Assembly: GCA_015521325.1 (NCBI GenBank)
Contig: WAOK01000002.1
Span: 70,756 to 134,755, forward strand
Source of the DNA: Desulfurococcales archaeon
GTDB lineage: Archaea > Thermoproteota > Thermoprotei_A > Sulfolobales > NBVN01
Direction of reading: 5' to 3'
Length of the DNA stretch: 64,000 nucleotides
Below, one piece after another: positions 61,178 through 64,000 of this stretch. The notes below the pieces were generated by a model that saw only the letters and a list, made by a program, of their open reading frames with translations, had not been told where the DNA came from and searched no databases. The position numbers were made by a program, and so were the translations under genes. How positions within the stretch are numbered: the stretch's first letter is position 1; every line of letters starts with the position of its first letter.

Positions 61178-63385
61178 TCACCTCACCAGCTTCGGATTCA
61201 GTATCTTGTCCAGTGCGTGCCCTACGAGGACGAATGTCAGGCCCACTATCGCTATTCCCAGACCCGGCGGCAGTACCCACCACCACGCACCGGTTGCTAC
61301 AGCGTTCGCTTTCTGCGCCTCATTCAGTATCTGGCCCCACGTCACTATGCTCGGGTCGCCTAAGCCAAGGAACGAAATACCTGCCTCCGCCAGGATCGCT
61401 CCGGGCACACCGAGGGCCATCGAGGCGAACATGTACGGCAGTACCTGCGGGAAGACGTGCCTGAAGATAATCCTCCTGTTACTAGCGCCGACTGCCTTAG
61501 CCGCCGTTATGTATAGCTGCTCCTTGATCTGCAGCACCATAGCCCTGACTGTGAAGACTCCGCCTACCCACCCGAAAGCGATCAGCAGGAACACTACGTT
61601 CCAGATACTCCTGCCCATGAAGTACGCCAACATGATAAGGAGTGGCAGTACAGGCAGCGAGTACACGATCTGCGCTATCGTCATCATTGCTCTAGAGAGG
61701 ATGCCGCTGTAGTAGCCCATGATGACTCCGTAGATGACGCCGATCGTCGTCGATATTGATGCTACGATGAGACCGATGATGAGGGCCCACCTGACCCCGT
61801 AGAGCACACCAGACCATAGATCCCTTCTAGATCCATCGGTGCCGAGTAGCCCATAAGCACCTAAAACCCTGACTTTCTGTATCTCGATGAAGTCGCTTTT
61901 TATTGGCATCTCATATGTGCCTTCGTAACCTGCTAGGATGAGATCATATTCTTTCTTATCGGTGGATCTCACGTACTCGCCGTTTCTATATATATCTATG
62001 CTGTTTGTTGTAGAGTTCAGCACGAATTCTATAGTATCGTTCCCAAGCGTGGCTCTGACTGAGGCGTCACTAACCGTTACTGCTATGGTTGACTCACCGA
62101 GAGTGAATACTTTCTCGCCAGTTACGGGTTCCCCGTTAAATTCAGCCTGCAGCACAGTTCTATTCTCCCTCTCAGCAACCTTTATAGCCAGCGTGCCAAG
62201 CCTGTAAACCCTGTCTATGATGACCTTGCTTCCGAAGTCTACCGTAGTGACATTAAGTGTATCAATGCCTTCCCTAACGAACGTCACTCTTTCCGGTAAT
62301 CTCAGTAGGAACCTAAACGTCAGAACATAAGTACCCTTTAGCTTCGGTTCTGTACCTTCAACAAGACCAGGACCCAGCTGTGAGAACAGGATCGACGTCG
62401 GCACTATGAACTTACCGGGCGGGACAGTTAGGTTAAGAGGTGCCAGAAGCGGTTGAAGCATTGATGATATTGCCAGGCCCTGGTTCATTGTCTTCGCCTT
62501 GGTGAAGCTGTCAGTGAGGAAGTAGAACCATGTTGAGTTCTCGGGAATCGCTGGTATCTGGGAGGTGAAGTTTCCATAGCATTCCTGTGCTGCCGTGATG
62601 TTAATGAGGTTGGCTGTGACGCACGAGAGTACCTGCGTTTCATTGTAGCTTACTTTCTCGGTACCTACCGGTATTCCAAGCATTGATGGTATGTCTACCT
62701 GCTGATCTCTTCTTCCCAGGTCGGCATAATTGTTTATGTTATATATCGAGCCATTCAGCGCTTCATCGAGCACTAGGGGCACGACAATACCGTCGGGTCT
62801 TGTGAGGTATACCTGCACACCCTGTCTTATTGTGGGGTCTAGTGGTATGGGCCCTATCGTGAACTTAGCGCCTATGTCTTTCGGCTCGATGTCGTAGTTG
62901 AAGTTGTATGTTATATTATACTCTATGACATAGACGTATCTGAATAGCAGAGCGTTCCTTAGGCCCGATAGTATCCTATCTAGTATTTGCTGCCTCTGTT
63001 GCGGGTCAGGTATCTGGTTAATTATCTGCATTGTCTGGTTATACGTAGCTGGATCGACGTTCTTAAGGTACGTTAGCATGTCATCGTCGTTGCTGAGGTT
63101 CAGGTATATCACCCGGAGGTCTGTATTCTTCATAAGGTCTTCTGTGAGCGCCATCTTAGCCGATGATATCGAGTTCACCCATGCCGGAGGCGCTAGCTTC
63201 GGTAACATCTTGTCCAGCCAGTAGGCCTCGTGCCCGTACCAATTCTCTATGTCTTCCATGTTGCCAATGAGCGGGTAGGCAACAGCGGTGACTACTAATA
63301 TTATTAAGAGGATGAAGCCAGCTAGGCCGGACTTCACCCTCTTTAGCTCCCCGAAGAACCACCTGGTCTTTTCATAGAGGCTCAT
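61178..63385 (-). CDS. oppC: Oligopeptide/dipeptide ABC permease (OppC-type) with about 460-aa extracytoplasmic insertion after TM1
   Basis: 735 aa. N-terminal TM GLAGFILLIILVVTAVAYPL, then about aa 47-515 soluble with 13 N-x-S/T sequons, then a normal OppC core (...AAKAVGASNRRIIFRHVFPQVLP...). Confidence 0.75.
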   Translation of the reverse strand: MSLYEKTRWFFGELKRVKSGLAGFILLIILVVTAVAYPLIGNMEDIENWYGHEAYWLDKMLPKLAPPAWVNSISSAKMALTEDLMKNTDLRVIYLNLSNDDDMLTYLKNVDPATYNQTMQIINQIPDPQQRQQILDRILSGLRNALLFRYVYVIEYNITYNFNYDIEPKDIGAKFTIGPIPLDPTIRQGVQVYLTRPDGIVVPLVLDEALNGSIYNINNYADLGRRDQQVDIPSMLGIPVGTEKVSYNETQVLSCVTANLINITAAQECYGNFTSQIPAIPENSTWFYFLTDSFTKAKTMNQGLAISSMLQPLLAPLNLTVPPGKFIVPTSILFSQLGPGLVEGTEPKLKGTYVLTFRFLLRLPERVTFVREGIDTLNVTTVDFGSKVIIDRVYRLGTLAIKVAERENRTVLQAEFNGEPVTGEKVFTLGESTIAVTVSDASVRATLGNDTIEFVLNSTTNSIDIYRNGEYVRSTDKKEYDLILAGYEGTYEMPIKSDFIEIQKVRVLGAYGLLGTDGSRRDLWSGVLYGVRWALIIGLIVASISTTIGVIYGVIMGYYSGILSRAMMTIAQIVYSLPVLPLLIMLAYFMGRSIWNVVFLLIAFGWVGGVFTVRAMVLQIKEQLYITAAKAVGASNRRIIFRHVFPQVLPYMFASMALGVPGAILAEAGISFLGLGDPSIVTWGQILNEAQKANAVATGAWWWVLPPGLGIAIVGLTFVLVGHALDKILNPKLVR

Positions 63386-64000
63386 CTTGGTGCACCCCCT
63401 ACCCTTACTCTCGGGTCTAGTAGCGCATATATGAAGTCCAGTAGCACGATCACCGCCACGAACAGGAAGACGAACATGTAGGTGAGGGCTATTAGCACAC
63501 CTGAGTCACCATTGTTTATTGCTGTCCAGTACGCGAACCCCATGCCGGGCCACTGGAAAACTGTCTCAGTAATGATTGCACCGCCCATCGAGCCTACAAG
63601 AGATAGGGCCGACATTGTGACGATCGGTGGCGAGGCTGCTCTTAGCACATGCTTGTAAAGTACTCTCCTCTCTGGTACGCCCTTAGCCCTAGCGACCCAT
63701 ACGAAGTCCTCTGACATTGTGGTGAAGACTACGTTCCTGATGATGTAAGCCCAGGCGCCGAAGCTCACCATGACGACAGTGATCAGCGGGAGTGTCATGT
63801 ACTTCAGCCATATCGGTATTGACTGAATATAGAACATAGGTCCCGACACATGCTGTGCCAGCACCCCGAGCTCCGAGTAAACGTCCTTAGCAGCCATCGG
63901 GAATATCGGTATCTTGTACGCGAATATATAGAGCATGAGCATCCCAACCCACCACATCGGGAGGGACGCCGATATCATGGCCCCTGTCGACAACGTCCTG
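63382..64000 (-). CDS. oppB: Oligopeptide/dipeptide ABC permease (OppB-type), C-terminal part; gene continues past the right edge
   Basis: The frame is open to position 64000. ARAKGVPERRVLYKHVLRAASPPIVT is the EAA-loop region. 4-nt overlap with oppC. Confidence 0.75.
   Translation of the reverse strand, partial: RTLSTGAMISASLPMWWVGMLMLYIFAYKIPIFPMAAKDVYSELGVLAQHVSGPMFYIQSIPIWLKYMTLPLITVVMVSFGAWAYIIRNVVFTTMSEDFVWVARAKGVPERRVLYKHVLRAASPPIVTMSALSLVGSMGGAIITETVFQWPGMGFAYWTAINNGDSGVLIALTYMFVFLFVAVIVLLDFIYALLDPRVRVGGAPR

Noticed and set aside
1-64000. Search for CRISPR arrays, transposases/IS ends, integrases, tRNA/rRNA genes, ORB-type origin repeats
   Set aside because: No regularly spaced direct repeats were seen. 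There are no DDE/tyrosine-recombinase-like ORFs and no gap long enough for a tRNA with a recognisable T-arm. No Orc1/Cdc6 gene or ORB-like repeats flank the AT-rich gaps (1308-1501, 4945-5098, 44658-44749). A by-eye scan cannot exclude short or degenerate elements.

Overview
The window is a dense archaeal chromosome segment with about 63 protein genes, very short intergenic gaps, and many 1-20 nt gene overlaps. It has GGTGA-type Shine-Dalgarno motifs and TTTAWATA-like promoter boxes. The gene content points to a hyperthermophilic crenarchaeon (Desulfurococcales/Pyrodictiaceae-like). The markers are mre11-rad50-nurA-herA, the archaeal 8-oxoG glycosylase AGOG, AMP phosphorylase, myo-inositol-1-phosphate synthase, pelota, KptA, a Hanks-type kinase, split MetE, and an L-proline-dehydrogenase-like flavin/Fe-S cluster.

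I found no rRNA, tRNA, CRISPR array, transposase, integrase or obvious provirus, so this looks like core genome rather than an accessory island. I did not find a convincing complete novel system.

The strongest non-protein feature is a textbook C/D box sRNA at 15571-15620 (+), in the AGOG/DUF998 intergenic gap.

Other observations worth a second look:
- An 8-bp tandem duplication right after the probable TTG start of the proline-dehydrogenase alpha-like gene puts that start out of frame.
- A three-gene operon of unknown function (small wHTH-like protein, 4-TM protein, anchored secreted protein) lies at 37787-39911.
- A co-directional cluster at 10019-14667 combines a kinase, a membrane-tethered wHTH, a secreted Thr-rich protein and an ABC-2 exporter.
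- The OppC permease carries a roughly 460-aa glycosylation-sequon-rich extracytoplasmic insertion.
- A GC-rich intergenic element with crossing helices lies at 34716-34834.
- An orphan AAA+ ATPase has a novel N-domain.
- One protein fuses a thioredoxin domain to a CcdA domain.

All functional calls come from motif recognition by eye. No database search was run.
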